This document shows, piece by piece, positions 28,403-37,137 of a DNA stretch of 64,000 nucleotides (the first letter of the stretch is position 1; each line of letters begins with the position of its first letter). The DNA lies in the UHGV virus genome UHGV-0367612. One strand, written 5' to 3'. The DNA is from a virus. The translations under genes and the position numbers were made by a program. The notes under the pieces were generated by a model, which was given only the letters and a program-made list of their open reading frames with translations, was not told where the DNA came from and searched no databases.

Positions 28403-28638
28403 ATAGAGATGAAAAACTCCTGAAGAAGATAGCTAAATTCCCATCAAAGAAACAGTGGGATGATTTGGCCTATTCTTGGTTGAAGGAAAGGTTTCCTAAT
28501 GCAGAGGATATAATGATCAGGGAAGCAAAATTCAACCAAGGGATATTCCACGTAGTGGCTTACATCGACTGGCAGAAGGTGAGTTTCACGGTTAATTCAA
28601 CAGCACTTTTGTTTCACCTTATTAAAAAGTATTTATAG
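28384..28638 (+). CDS. hypothetical protein
   Basis: 84-aa ORF. Confidence 0.25.
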   Translation: MVDMALDRDEKLLKKIAKFPSKKQWDDLAYSWLKERFPNAEDIMIREAKFNQGIFHVVAYIDWQKVSFTVNSTALLFHLIKKYL

Positions 28639-28639
28639 T

Positions 28640-28861
28640 ATGGCTTTAGAAATGGACAAGGTCTTAGGTAATATCCTAAAAGAAAGGTTCCCACAATATC
28701 CAATGAGGTTATTGTCCTATACCGATACAGGGACTGGATGGGAAGTAAGGGCTATGGTAAAGAACTCCAACATGGCTACAGTATTAGAGGATGGATTCAA
28801 TATCCTAATCTCAGATAGGGAGGTTTTAATTCACTTAATCCAAAATTATACCTGGATATGA
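28640..28861 (+). CDS. hypothetical protein
   Basis: 73-aa ORF. Confidence 0.25.
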   Translation: MALEMDKVLGNILKERFPQYPMRLLSYTDTGTGWEVRAMVKNSNMATVLEDGFNILISDREVLIHLIQNYTWI

Positions 28862-29067
28862 ACAGGGAAGTTAAATGTGAGTTGGTAGGATCCATATCCC
28901 CAATTATATGTGGGATGTTATTCATATTTGGATACTGGATTGGAGGTGGGAGTAGTGAAGACGTTTACGCTTCAGCAATCCTTTTAACCCTGATCTCAGC
29001 AGTTTGGGGAGGTTTAATGGGTAGTATTTACGGGTCACCAAACGATGGCCCCATTTGTGGGCCGTAA
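28858..29067 (+). CDS. small membrane protein
   Basis: 69 aa, Gly-rich with two hydrophobic helices. Confidence 0.3.
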   Translation: MNREVKCELVGSISPIICGMLFIFGYWIGGGSSEDVYASAILLTLISAVWGGLMGSIYGSPNDGPICGP

Positions 29068-29086
29068 AAAGTGGTGGAAATTTTTT

Positions 29087-29117
29087 GGAGGATATGGATA
29101 ACGTATCCTCTTTTTTG
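29087..29117 (+). terminator. Rho-independent terminator of plus-strand block
   Basis: Hairpin gaggata-N9-tatcctc followed by TTTTTTG. Confidence 0.6.
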
Positions 29118-29277
29118 TATGTATAGGGTGATGGGGTGGCTTTGAATCCTTGTCCTTGATCCTTGTTTGTGGGGCTTGGGAAAGTCGTAGCTGTAGGGGG
29201 GCCGGTCGGTAGGATATAATTAAAAAATAAGTGTTAATTTTTTAGGGGACAAATTAACACTTATCTAATTTAAAAAT

Positions 29278-29388
29278 TTAACGTTTTTCTTTCTTGAAAC
29301 ACACGTACAAAATGCAAACAATAACTAAAATAATAATCTGCATAATGAAAGAAAGTATTTCAATTAATGCGTTTAAAATAGCGTCCAT
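29278..29388 (-). CDS. 36-aa hydrophobic peptide with charged C-terminus (type I toxin-like)
   Basis: Not in the ORF track (below 60 aa). Minus-strand translation is MDAILNALIEILSFIMQIIILVIVCILYVCFKKEKR*. The stop is followed by an 11-bp perfect inverted repeat hairpin (29229-29262) and a T-run. Confidence 0.35.
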   Translation of the reverse strand: MDAILNALIEILSFIMQIIILVIVCILYVCFKKEKR

Positions 29389-29558
29389 ATCTAAAAACAA
29401 TTATAGATAAATATATCATATTTCTTTTTGAAAATTTTTTCATAGAAATATTTTTTTAGTTTTAAAATCTTTTTCTCCATTCTAAAATAATTGAATACAC
29501 GAAACAAATAAAAATGAGTAGTACAAATGTACTACTCACTAATGTAAAAATATTCATT

Positions 29559-29939
29559 TTATTTTGCGGTCTGTTTGAAATTCTTTGATTTTGCAGTCTG
29601 CAAACGTGCAAACAATTTTTTCATTGCGTCCTCTTTTTCGAGTGTCGAAGTATTATATAGCTCTTTTGCGCTATTATACTCTCCTTGCACTTCTACAATC
29701 GTGTCGTGTAGTTCTTTCAACTCGACTAACGTTTTTTTGTCAACGTTAAATGCAAAATCAAGAATGAATTTTTGATACAATTTGCGTACACTCTTTTTTT
29801 CGTGCGTTTTTGAATCCATTTTCGCTAAATTATTAGGAATCTCTAGTCCTAATAATTTATACAACTTTTCGTAGTTAATTTTACCTTTGTTGTTACTACG
29901 ATTTACAACGCTTTTAGAAAATTCTTGAAATAAACTCAT
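29559..29939 (-). CDS. hypothetical protein with non-phage codon usage
   Basis: The likely start is MSLFQEFSKS... because the annotated upstream extension overlaps a hairpin (ggtgaac...gtcacc). Coiled-coil, Lys-rich protein. Frequent ACG/GCG/TCG/CGC codons are absent from the rest of the window. A terminator hairpin agtagtaca-aa-tgtactact (29517-29536) with a T-run follows on the minus strand. Confidence 0.4.
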   Translation of the reverse strand: MSLFQEFSKSVVNRSNNKGKINYEKLYKLLGLEIPNNLAKMDSKTHEKKSVRKLYQKFILDFAFNVDKKTLVELKELHDTIVEVQGEYNSAKELYNTSTLEKEDAMKKLFARLQTAKSKNFKQTAK

Positions 29940-30232
29940 AATATAAATTATTAAAAATAAAAGGTGAACTTTTAAATTTGGTGTCACCTCATAGCCAAAT
30001 TATATTTTTACATTTTTTCAACATTTCAAAGAACTTGTTTTTTTATCGTTTTTCGATATACGAATGTACAATTAATTTTTGAACTACAAAAATATTTGCA
30101 AGAAAAAATCAAATTATTTTCATGAAAAAATTAATTTTATTTTCATTCTAAATTAAATAAAAATCGAAAAATTTTTGATTAAAAATTTGTTTTTGTCAAA
30201 AAAATTTCGTAGATTCAATATATAAAATATCC

Positions 30233-30400
30233 ACCTGCCCGCCTGCCCACCCTATTCCTAATTCCAATCTAGCTCTGGCTTCCGCTCCTAGTCCTGGTAT
30301 CTTCTGAGCCCGCCTACCTTCTTAGCCTTAAATTAAACCCGCCTTCCTATTCCTAACCTATTAACATTAACCCAATAGCTCTCACCTTTCAGTTCTCCGG
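30233..30400. repeat. polypyrimidine (plus-strand) tract with iteron-like direct repeats
   Basis: About 170 nt of almost exclusively C/T on the plus strand. CCCGCCT occurs three times (30238, 30309, 30338). CCTATTCCTAA occurs twice (30252, 30347). Confidence 0.5.
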
Positions 30401-30661
30401 TTAACTGATAAGAAGGCTTTAAGATAACTAGGATATAAGGCCTTATGACCACTAATTATGATATCTAGTTGATCAACTCTTATCAAACATGTAAATATTC
30501 TCATAGAATAACTACTTTTCTTCTAGAAATTCATTCTGGCTGTCCTAAAATGACAGAAAAGCGAGCTTTCATTCAGTCAAACTTTCTCACACAATCAATC
30601 ACAAAAATAGAGTGGCTGTATGGGTCACTCTATCATTACATCTAATACAGCTCTTACAGCC

Positions 30662-31177
30662 TCAGTTCTTTTTCTCAAGCATTTTCACTACCTGATATCC
30701 GACCTTTGCCTGGATAACATCCATCCGGTAATCCTGGAATTTACTGTAGTGGGTGTACTCTTCCAGTTCCCTTGTCTTGATAACCTTCTCAATCCTGTTG
30801 ATGAAATCCTGAACATCAACCTCATATTGTGCCTGATGTAGTACCTGATAGTACTGGGATATCAGATCCGGAATATAGTCGCAGAGCTCATCATCCTCTG
30901 TAACCTCCATAGCCCTCTCATAAACTAAGAGTCCCAACATATTCAGATAAGCTGTTAACCTTGTTTCCGGTACGTTGACTTCCCATATATTATCCGGTAA
31001 ACATCCAAATACATCCATTATGGGTTCCATCTCTTCCCAATCCTGAGGGTCGTAAATCTTGATAGCCTTGAGCCCTGTGATCTTCTCTGCCCAAGCTAAC
31101 AACTCATATTCTCCGGTTGAACCTACAGTTAATAACTTAATTTCCTTGATTCCCTGATTTGCTTGTTCGTTCTCCAT
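30662..31177 (-). CDS. hypothetical acidic protein
   Basis: 171-aa ORF, preceded by a conserved early promoter copy at 31205-31242. Confidence 0.4.
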   Translation of the reverse strand: MENEQANQGIKEIKLLTVGSTGEYELLAWAEKITGLKAIKIYDPQDWEEMEPIMDVFGCLPDNIWEVNVPETRLTAYLNMLGLLVYERAMEVTEDDELCDYIPDLISQYYQVLHQAQYEVDVQDFINRIEKVIKTRELEEYTHYSKFQDYRMDVIQAKVGYQVVKMLEKKN

Positions 31178-31204
31178 AATTTTATTTATTTTAAAAATTA
31201 ATAT

Positions 31205-31242
31205 ATTGCAAATATAATAAACCCTGATTGCTGATGCAAATC
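31205..31242 (-). promoter_or_regulatory. conserved early promoter copy (Bacteroidetes sigma-A type)
   Basis: Plus-strand ttgcaaatataataaaccctgattgctgatgcaaatcc. On the gene strand this reads GGATTTGCA-N-TATATTTGCAA. Confidence 0.55.
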
Positions 31243-31494
31243 CTTTTTAACCCTAATAGGGATCTGAAACCCGCCCACTTATCTTAGAGGCCTTAACATC
31301 ACCAAGCCGAGATTTAGGATAGGGCTGAAGGACCTATCCTCCATGGCTATGGTTCTCTATCCTAATTCTAATCCTTAGCCTGATATCCATAGCCTGACAA
31401 AGCCAAACACTAAAAGTTCTCCCAGTACATTATATAAGTACAAAGGAGAACTGATCAGGCTTGGGTTGTTGGCCTTGATTTGGGGATATGGCTC

Positions 31495-32988
31495 CTATTC
31501 TCTGTTAGGTAGTGAATCGTCCTCTATAACATCAACCTGTCTTCTGGCTAAGGATTTGAGATGTCTTTGGGCCTTTTTGTCCTTAGCCTTTAGAGGCTGT
31601 ATGGTATCACCATATTGGTATTTCCTTTTCTTCTTTGGTGATAAGGATATAGGGCCCTTATTCCCTGATACTGGATTAGGATTTAAGGCTGTTTGAGGCT
31701 TAGGATCAAGGTCCTTGAGGCCATCATGGCTATCCTGGCCTTTACTGTCATTGGGCCTCAGTGATCCCTTTCCCATCCCCAAAAATTGAGGCCCGGACTC
31801 CATCCTTGATCCTTGATTTGTGGCTAATAAATCCTCTACAGATCCCTGAATGTCTGATACAGCCTCAGTATAATCATTATCGGATACTGGAACACCATCC
31901 AAATAAGGAATCCCATTACCTAAACCCAAATCCATACCTATACTATTACTCTCTTTAGAATTACTCTTAGATAATGTACTTGTAGATTGATGAATTTCTT
32001 TGTTTTTTGTGGGTTTTTCTTTTTGTAGGCTATCAGGGATAAGGTCTTCATCCGTATCCTGGTCTATATCTTCCTCTTCCCAGTCCTCTACCTGATCCTT
32101 TATCCCTTTAGATTTTCTCTCTTCTGCTTTTTGTAATGTCAGGATTTTATCCTGGATCCTTTGTCTTAGGGTTTTGTCTTCTGTTTCTTGTAGTTGTTTT
32201 TGTAATTCTGGGATTGTGTCCTCTATCCAGTCAACGTCTTCGATTTGTTGCATTCTTTTCTCTGATCTGGCTTTGGATACAGAGTTGTCGATGTGATCAT
32301 ATTTATGTAGTATATCTAGGGAGATATGTTCTTTCTCTTCTAATAGTTTGAGCTGAGGTTGGTCTAGGATTTTAGCCTGTTTTATGTTATCTGTTTGTAT
32401 TTCTTTCGGTTGGGATGTTTGAACTATTTTGTAGGCTTCCTCTACAGTCAAGGATTGGGATTGGTTATTTTGAGTGAGGTTGTTGTTGATGTTGATGGTA
32501 GATCCTGAAGCATAGAAGGTCCTGAATATCTCTGCTACTTGTTTATTAGATTGTAGTAGAGTGGATAGGGTTCTGGATATCTCTCCTGATATGAAGGGTG
32601 CGTATTTATCTCCTTGTGATTTTAGTAGGATTTCTAGTTGATGTTGGATTGTACCTCTATCCTGAATAGCCCAAAGTGTGGACATGTTGGCTAAGGCTGC
32701 AGCAGTATCCTGTAACCTTTGAGGGTCTTTGAAGGCCTCTAATGTATGAGAGGTTCCGAGCATACATGATTGTATTGTTTCTACTTTGGTATTTAAAAGA
32801 TGGGCCAGTTGAGGGATGGATAGTGTCCTATCATTTAGCCTGAATCCTGACATTGTGTAGATATTGACAATGTGGGAAATCAGTTTCTCTTTCCTGGTTT
32901 TTCTTAACTTTTTGCTCTTTGCTTTATTCATTTGCTGAGCTAGGATTGTAACCCCAGTAGGTCTGGGCATTCTTTCAATTTGTGTCAT
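31495..32988 (-). CDS. hypothetical protein, basic N-terminal domain and long acidic Gln/Glu-rich C-terminus
   Basis: 497 aa. Basic N-terminus 'KAKSKKLRKTRKEKL'. The central and C-terminal parts are low-complexity, acidic and Q-rich, with a Gly/Asp/Ser-rich tail. Confidence 0.4.
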   Translation of the reverse strand: MTQIERMPRPTGVTILAQQMNKAKSKKLRKTRKEKLISHIVNIYTMSGFRLNDRTLSIPQLAHLLNTKVETIQSCMLGTSHTLEAFKDPQRLQDTAAALANMSTLWAIQDRGTIQHQLEILLKSQGDKYAPFISGEISRTLSTLLQSNKQVAEIFRTFYASGSTININNNLTQNNQSQSLTVEEAYKIVQTSQPKEIQTDNIKQAKILDQPQLKLLEEKEHISLDILHKYDHIDNSVSKARSEKRMQQIEDVDWIEDTIPELQKQLQETEDKTLRQRIQDKILTLQKAEERKSKGIKDQVEDWEEEDIDQDTDEDLIPDSLQKEKPTKNKEIHQSTSTLSKSNSKESNSIGMDLGLGNGIPYLDGVPVSDNDYTEAVSDIQGSVEDLLATNQGSRMESGPQFLGMGKGSLRPNDSKGQDSHDGLKDLDPKPQTALNPNPVSGNKGPISLSPKKKRKYQYGDTIQPLKAKDKKAQRHLKSLARRQVDVIEDDSLPNRE

Positions 32989-33165
32989 ATTATCATGGTT
33001 TTAGTAATCACTTATATGATATCTGGAAATCTGGGTCTTAGACCTACTTATGAGTAGTTTAAGATAAATCTCTACAAATTCTTTTTAGTTAACTAGATAC
33101 ACAAAAAGAAAGAGCCAAATCATTCAATTTGACCCTTTCCAGTTAATTCAAATTATGGAGTTTAC

Positions 33166-33432
33166 TCAAAAAGTCGCATCTATGTCGATATATACTAAAG
33201 TCCCAGGATTAAACCTGTATTCCTCTTCCTCCTCTGTTTCTATTACCAGTTCCTCAGTCTCATCATCCATGTATATAGATTGAACGTGATCTATGGTTTG
33301 TTCTTTACTGATTTCTGATATGGTTACTATTACTGATTCTTCCATGTTTGAGAAAGCCCATTCTATTATTCCTAGAATCTCAACCGTTTGTTCTAAGGTT
33401 TTCTCTCGTAGTTGTACTGTTAATTGATCCAT
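33166..33432 (-). CDS. hypothetical small acidic protein
   Basis: 88-aa ORF, last gene of an early operon. Confidence 0.35.
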   Translation of the reverse strand: MDQLTVQLREKTLEQTVEILGIIEWAFSNMEESVIVTISEISKEQTIDHVQSIYMDDETEELVIETEEEEEYRFNPGTLVYIDIDATF

Positions 33433-33448
33433 GATTAATCATTATTAA

Positions 33449-33754
33449 TTATAAAGCGTATTCTGATTTTGTAGTCAGAGATATCTGATCTATCTCATCA
33501 TATTCAAATATCTTTTTCTTACCTGCATCCCAGCAGAATGTGGTAAACTTGTTGGGCGTTATATCCGCTATTGTCGGATCTACCAGGTTAATTTTCATTG
33601 TACATCTCTTGGTTTCTTTGAGTTGAATTATCATTTTAATTTCAACTCTTTCATTGTCTTCTACCATCCTAAGGTATAATGCTAGCAACTTTATGAGTTG
33701 TTGCTTAGCATTATTACTTAAGTCTTTAAAGTCTAAAACTAGATTCTCATTCAT
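33449..33754 (-). CDS. hypothetical protein
   Basis: 101-aa ORF. Confidence 0.35.
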   Translation of the reverse strand: MNENLVLDFKDLSNNAKQQLIKLLALYLRMVEDNERVEIKMIIQLKETKRCTMKINLVDPTIADITPNKFTTFCWDAGKKKIFEYDEIDQISLTTKSEYAL

Positions 33755-33756
33755 GA

Positions 33757-34332
33757 TTACTCATTTTTGAGTTTATTCCAAACTTCCAGGACATTCTTGC
33801 AGGTAAGAACCTTATCATGGTTAGTACCAATGGCAGTTGAGGTCATCCATTGTACCATATCCTGAAGTTCATCATCAGAATTGATATAATCACTATCCTC
33901 ATTAGAGAGGTATTCTTCCCACATTCCCTGAACCCATTTATCAATGAGTGCATTCTTTTCCGGGCAATTTGGAATCTGATACAATAACATTTGGATTTGT
34001 TCGGATAGATCTGGTACATAATCATAATAGGAATCATCTCCACCGTCGAAGTTATCGAGCATTACCTCCAAGTATTTACCAGCCTCTTCTAATAGAGTTT
34101 TTAACATCTTATCCCCTGGAAACTCAGGATCCTCAAATGTCCTGACAAATATTTGGGTTGACATATCAATCTCTAACCCTTTCAAGGATTTTAAATACTC
34201 TTCGAACTGTTTATCCTTTTCTGGATTTTCTTCTAATTCGAATTTATCAAAAGCCTTTACCCATTGTTCTCCAATGAACTGATCAGGAGTGTATTCTCCA
34301 ATTTCTGTTAAAATATAAAACTTCTTTTCCAT
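33757..34332 (-). CDS. hypothetical acidic protein
   Basis: 191-aa ORF. Confidence 0.35.
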   Translation of the reverse strand: MEKKFYILTEIGEYTPDQFIGEQWVKAFDKFELEENPEKDKQFEEYLKSLKGLEIDMSTQIFVRTFEDPEFPGDKMLKTLLEEAGKYLEVMLDNFDGGDDSYYDYVPDLSEQIQMLLYQIPNCPEKNALIDKWVQGMWEEYLSNEDSDYINSDDELQDMVQWMTSTAIGTNHDKVLTCKNVLEVWNKLKNE

Positions 34333-34334
34333 AA

Positions 34335-34661
34335 TTAATCTCTAAATAAGGTTAAACTTTTACCTATCTCTTCCCAATCTTTTAGTACCGGAGAATCTGG
34401 TACAAATCTTGAGTTTAGGGCTTCATTTATTTTATCCCTATGTTCAATAACGAATTTTCTCATCTGATCATTTAGGTGATCTTCATATTCTGTTACAGCA
34501 GATTCGATGAAGTCGAATAAATTACCTACTTTTGTTTCGTCTGCATCCAGTAAGATATATTCCTCATGGTCGTTGAGAATCTGTTCTATTTTCCTAAAGT
34601 CTTCTCTTAATTCAAGTAATTCATTACCTGAAAAACTTAAGGTTTTAGTGAACTGTTCCAT
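34335..34661 (-). CDS. hypothetical protein, paralog of 34668..34964
   Basis: 108 aa. Shares a pattern with the adjacent ORF (ELL.L ... EY ... DWE ... L). Confidence 0.4.
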   Translation of the reverse strand: MEQFTKTLSFSGNELLELREDFRKIEQILNDHEEYILLDADETKVGNLFDFIESAVTEYEDHLNDQMRKFVIEHRDKINEALNSRFVPDSPVLKDWEEIGKSLTLFRD

Positions 34662-34667
34662 GGCTCA

Positions 34668-34964
34668 TTATGCTAAAGGTTGTAACAATTCTTTTACTCT
34701 CTCCCAATCTCTTTGGAATCCTGAATTGGGATACCCAACTGAAATAGCATTGCTGATTTCTTCTAAATGATCCTCAAGGAACTCCATGACATCATCGAAA
34801 ATACTTTCCTTATATTCATTTACTGTATCTTCGAGTGTCTCGAAAAATTCTCTTAAACATGGGGTATCACATCTTGAATTCGGGTTAACCTGGTCTTTAA
34901 TCTCCTTGTATAACCCTAATAATTGTGAGCCTTTTAACTCGATTGATCTTTTAATATTCTCCAT
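34668..34964 (-). CDS. hypothetical protein, paralog of 34335..34661
   Basis: 98-aa tandem paralog. Confidence 0.4.
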   Translation of the reverse strand: MENIKRSIELKGSQLLGLYKEIKDQVNPNSRCDTPCLREFFETLEDTVNEYKESIFDDVMEFLEDHLEEISNAISVGYPNSGFQRDWERVKELLQPLA

Positions 34965-34992
34965 AACTCTTTATATTTTAATTATTTAATAT

Positions 34993-35030
34993 ATGCAAAT
35001 ATATAAAACCTGTTTTACTTTTGCAAATCC
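34993..35030 (-). promoter_or_regulatory. conserved early promoter copy
   Basis: Plus-strand atgcaaatatataaaacctgttttacttttgcaaatcc. Identical 39-mer to the copy at 39.5 kb. Confidence 0.6.
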
Positions 35031-35043
35031 TAAATAACCAATT

Positions 35044-35520
35044 TTACTCATCCCTATTTGTGTAATCTACCACCCTAACATAGATATGTCTATTAGGATC
35101 TTTCATTTGGTGTACGTTCTTTTCCTCTTCTCCATCAATGATGAACGGGAATTGTACTGGAGACATGGTCATCTTGAAGGTGTACATCTCAACCCCAAAT
35201 TCATTTTCCAAGATTTCAATGGTTCTCTTAAATACCTGGAAATAGACAAACGGGTAATTCTTTTCAAATTGCCGGGTCTTAATGACAAACTTTTGCATTG
35301 CTGGTGTAGTATAGCTCATTTGACAAGCATCCCTCTCAGATACCTTGAGTGCTGCAGACTGAGCTATCACAACTATGGTGGGTTTATTCTCACCATGTCT
35401 CCCCTCGATTTCAGAGGTAAACAGATAATCTATTTCCTCTGCCTTTAAGGCGATTATCAACTGTTCAATGAATTGCTTAAACGTGCAATCGTAATTTAAC
35501 TGATCTAACTTAACTTCCAT
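35044..35520 (-). CDS. hypothetical protein
   Basis: 158-aa ORF. Confidence 0.35.
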   Translation of the reverse strand: MEVKLDQLNYDCTFKQFIEQLIIALKAEEIDYLFTSEIEGRHGENKPTIVVIAQSAALKVSERDACQMSYTTPAMQKFVIKTRQFEKNYPFVYFQVFKRTIEILENEFGVEMYTFKMTMSPVQFPFIIDGEEEKNVHQMKDPNRHIYVRVVDYTNRDE

Positions 35521-35523
35521 AAC

Positions 35524-35859
35524 TTAAATGTCTAAAATTAACTGAACTCCAACTAATTTGATTGAACCTTCATAAGGTTTCATATATACTCTCTCGTATT
35601 CCGGTAAAGTCATACCTAACATCTTGGCATCGTGTTCAAGCATATCCGTGGGCTCTACCTTAAGTATGTTATCGTCCTTTTGAACATAAACATAAACCCT
35701 CTCATGTTTTTGGGCGTTGGCGATAAAACTCTCAATAAAGTATTCCTTACCATAATGGTCATTACTATCGGATATTTGCTCATCCTTTACCCGTAAATAC
35801 TTATTGTTTAACTCATCCCAAATTAACTCAGCTGCCTGTTGTAACTCTTTTTGCTCCAT
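35524..35859 (-). CDS. hypothetical protein
   Basis: 111-aa ORF. A promoter copy lies at 35888-35923, overlapping a hairpin (acccaag...cttgggt). Confidence 0.35.
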   Translation of the reverse strand: MEQKELQQAAELIWDELNNKYLRVKDEQISDSNDHYGKEYFIESFIANAQKHERVYVYVQKDDNILKVEPTDMLEHDAKMLGMTLPEYERVYMKPYEGSIKLVGVQLILDI

Positions 35860-35954
35860 AACTTAAATATTATTAATTATTTAATTTATGCAAATATAAA
35901 AAACCCAAGTTGCTAATGCAAATCTTGGGTTTCCTTATTAACCTGAATAACCTT

Positions 35955-36320
35955 TTATTCTGTGATGATAACTCCTGACCTCATACCTTCATAAATAAGA
36001 TAAGAGATTAACTGAAGAGGGCAGTTTACCACTCTTTTTCCATATCTCTCCAAGTCCAGAGCATACATGGTTACAAGTGATACTGTGGTAAACGTGTCTG
36101 TTTCTGGGTCATAGCTCCCACGTCCTCCAACTTCTTCGTTAATCACATCCCAATCTACAATTTCGGGATTTTGTACTGTGATACCTTCTACCTGGTCTAT
36201 GTCTGGGATGGGTACTCCTCTCAAGAAATACCTATCATCTTTTTTCTCTAACATCTCATTATCTCTAAGATAATACTGTGTTTTCAGTAGGTCTTTACCC
36301 TTAAATTTCTTGATTGCCAT
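35955..36320 (-). CDS. hypothetical protein
   Basis: 121-aa ORF. Confidence 0.35.
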   Translation of the reverse strand: MAIKKFKGKDLLKTQYYLRDNEMLEKKDDRYFLRGVPIPDIDQVEGITVQNPEIVDWDVINEEVGGRGSYDPETDTFTTVSLVTMYALDLERYGKRVVNCPLQLISYLIYEGMRSGVIITE

Positions 36321-36585
36321 TTTCTACGATTTCTAAAATGTAAGTGTTATTATCCCATACAAATGTGGGATTGTTGATTGATTTCGCTTTACTTTGTAAT
36401 AACCTCAACCCTACTGATTGTGGTATTCTTATCATTACCTTATCACGTATCCTACCGCTCTCTACTACCTCTTGGTGTATTTTATTATCCCATAAGAAAA
36501 GCGTTTCCTTCTCAGAATCCATGTAAATGAAATCTCTGATTGGGATTTGCTCTAATAAATATTCAAAATCTTTCGTGATTAGCAT
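36301..36585 (-). CDS. hypothetical protein
   Basis: 94-aa ORF. A variant promoter and a hairpin (aaaggagta...tactccttt) lie upstream at 36601-36640. Confidence 0.3.
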   Translation of the reverse strand: MLITKDFEYLLEQIPIRDFIYMDSEKETLFLWDNKIHQEVVESGRIRDKVMIRIPQSVGLRLLQSKAKSINNPTFVWDNNTYILEIVENGNQEI

Positions 36586-36645
36586 ATCTAGTTTACATTA
36601 AAAAGGAGTAAAGCATAAACTCTACTCCTTTGCATAAATACTCGC

Positions 36646-37137
36646 TTATTGGATATTATAGGATGTCATATACCTTTTTATCAAATACAATAGCATGATA
36701 AAAGAGTATAACCCTTCTTCTTTAGAGGATACAACTCCATACCCAAATAAATCCATGAAGAAATTCTTATAGATTGATGTCATATTATCATCAATCATGA
36801 GTTGAACAATATTGATGATATCACCAATCCTGTCCTTTTGTACCAGGATAAACCGACGGTCAATGTCTATGTATAACCCATAACTCTTAAACAAGGTATT
36901 CAAGATTTCAGCTATATCCACCGTGTTAATCTTGAAGTCTGGGCTTATACCCTGAATTAACTCTACCGGAGTTATAGCTTTACCTGGATTTACATCACTC
37001 TCCATTGAGAATTCATACCCATCAACATCAAGAACATTGTTTATGCTATATTCTTTGATGATATAGTCCTTGAGTTCATCGATGTCAATGTAACTATTGT
37101 GCATCACCTTGGGTCCCTCCAGTGACCAATTGCTCAA
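36646..37137 (-). CDS. hypothetical protein
   Basis: 163-aa ORF. Confidence 0.35.
   Translation of the reverse strand: MSNWSLEGPKVMHNSYIDIDELKDYIIKEYSINNVLDVDGYEFSMESDVNPGKAITPVELIQGISPDFKINTVDIAEILNTLFKSYGLYIDIDRRFILVQKDRIGDIINIVQLMIDDNMTSIYKNFFMDLFGYGVVSSKEEGLYSFIMLLYLIKRYMTSYNIQ

Larger units (their letters stand above)
29218..30226. mobile_element. AT-rich foreign-composition island bounded by G-rich imperfect inverted repeats (candidate insertion or replication origin)
   Basis: GC drops sharply and CpG becomes frequent inside the island. The left flank ends ...gtaggggggccggtcggtaGGATAT on the plus strand. The right flank ends ...gggtgggcaggcgggcaggtGGATAT on the minus strand. The island holds two minus-strand genes, each with its own hairpin terminator. 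Confidence 0.4.

Noticed and set aside
29124-29217. tRNA-like 'TTTGAATCC' in the G-rich left flank of the island
   Set aside because: The surrounding sequence cannot form a T-stem or acceptor stem. It is interpreted as part of the G-rich boundary repeat.
29940-29987. N-terminal extension (MTPNLKVHLLFLIIYI) of ORF 29559..29987
   Set aside because: The extension is encoded by a hairpin (ggtgaac...gtcacc) in AT-rich leader sequence. The start at MSLF (29939) gives a coherent coding region.
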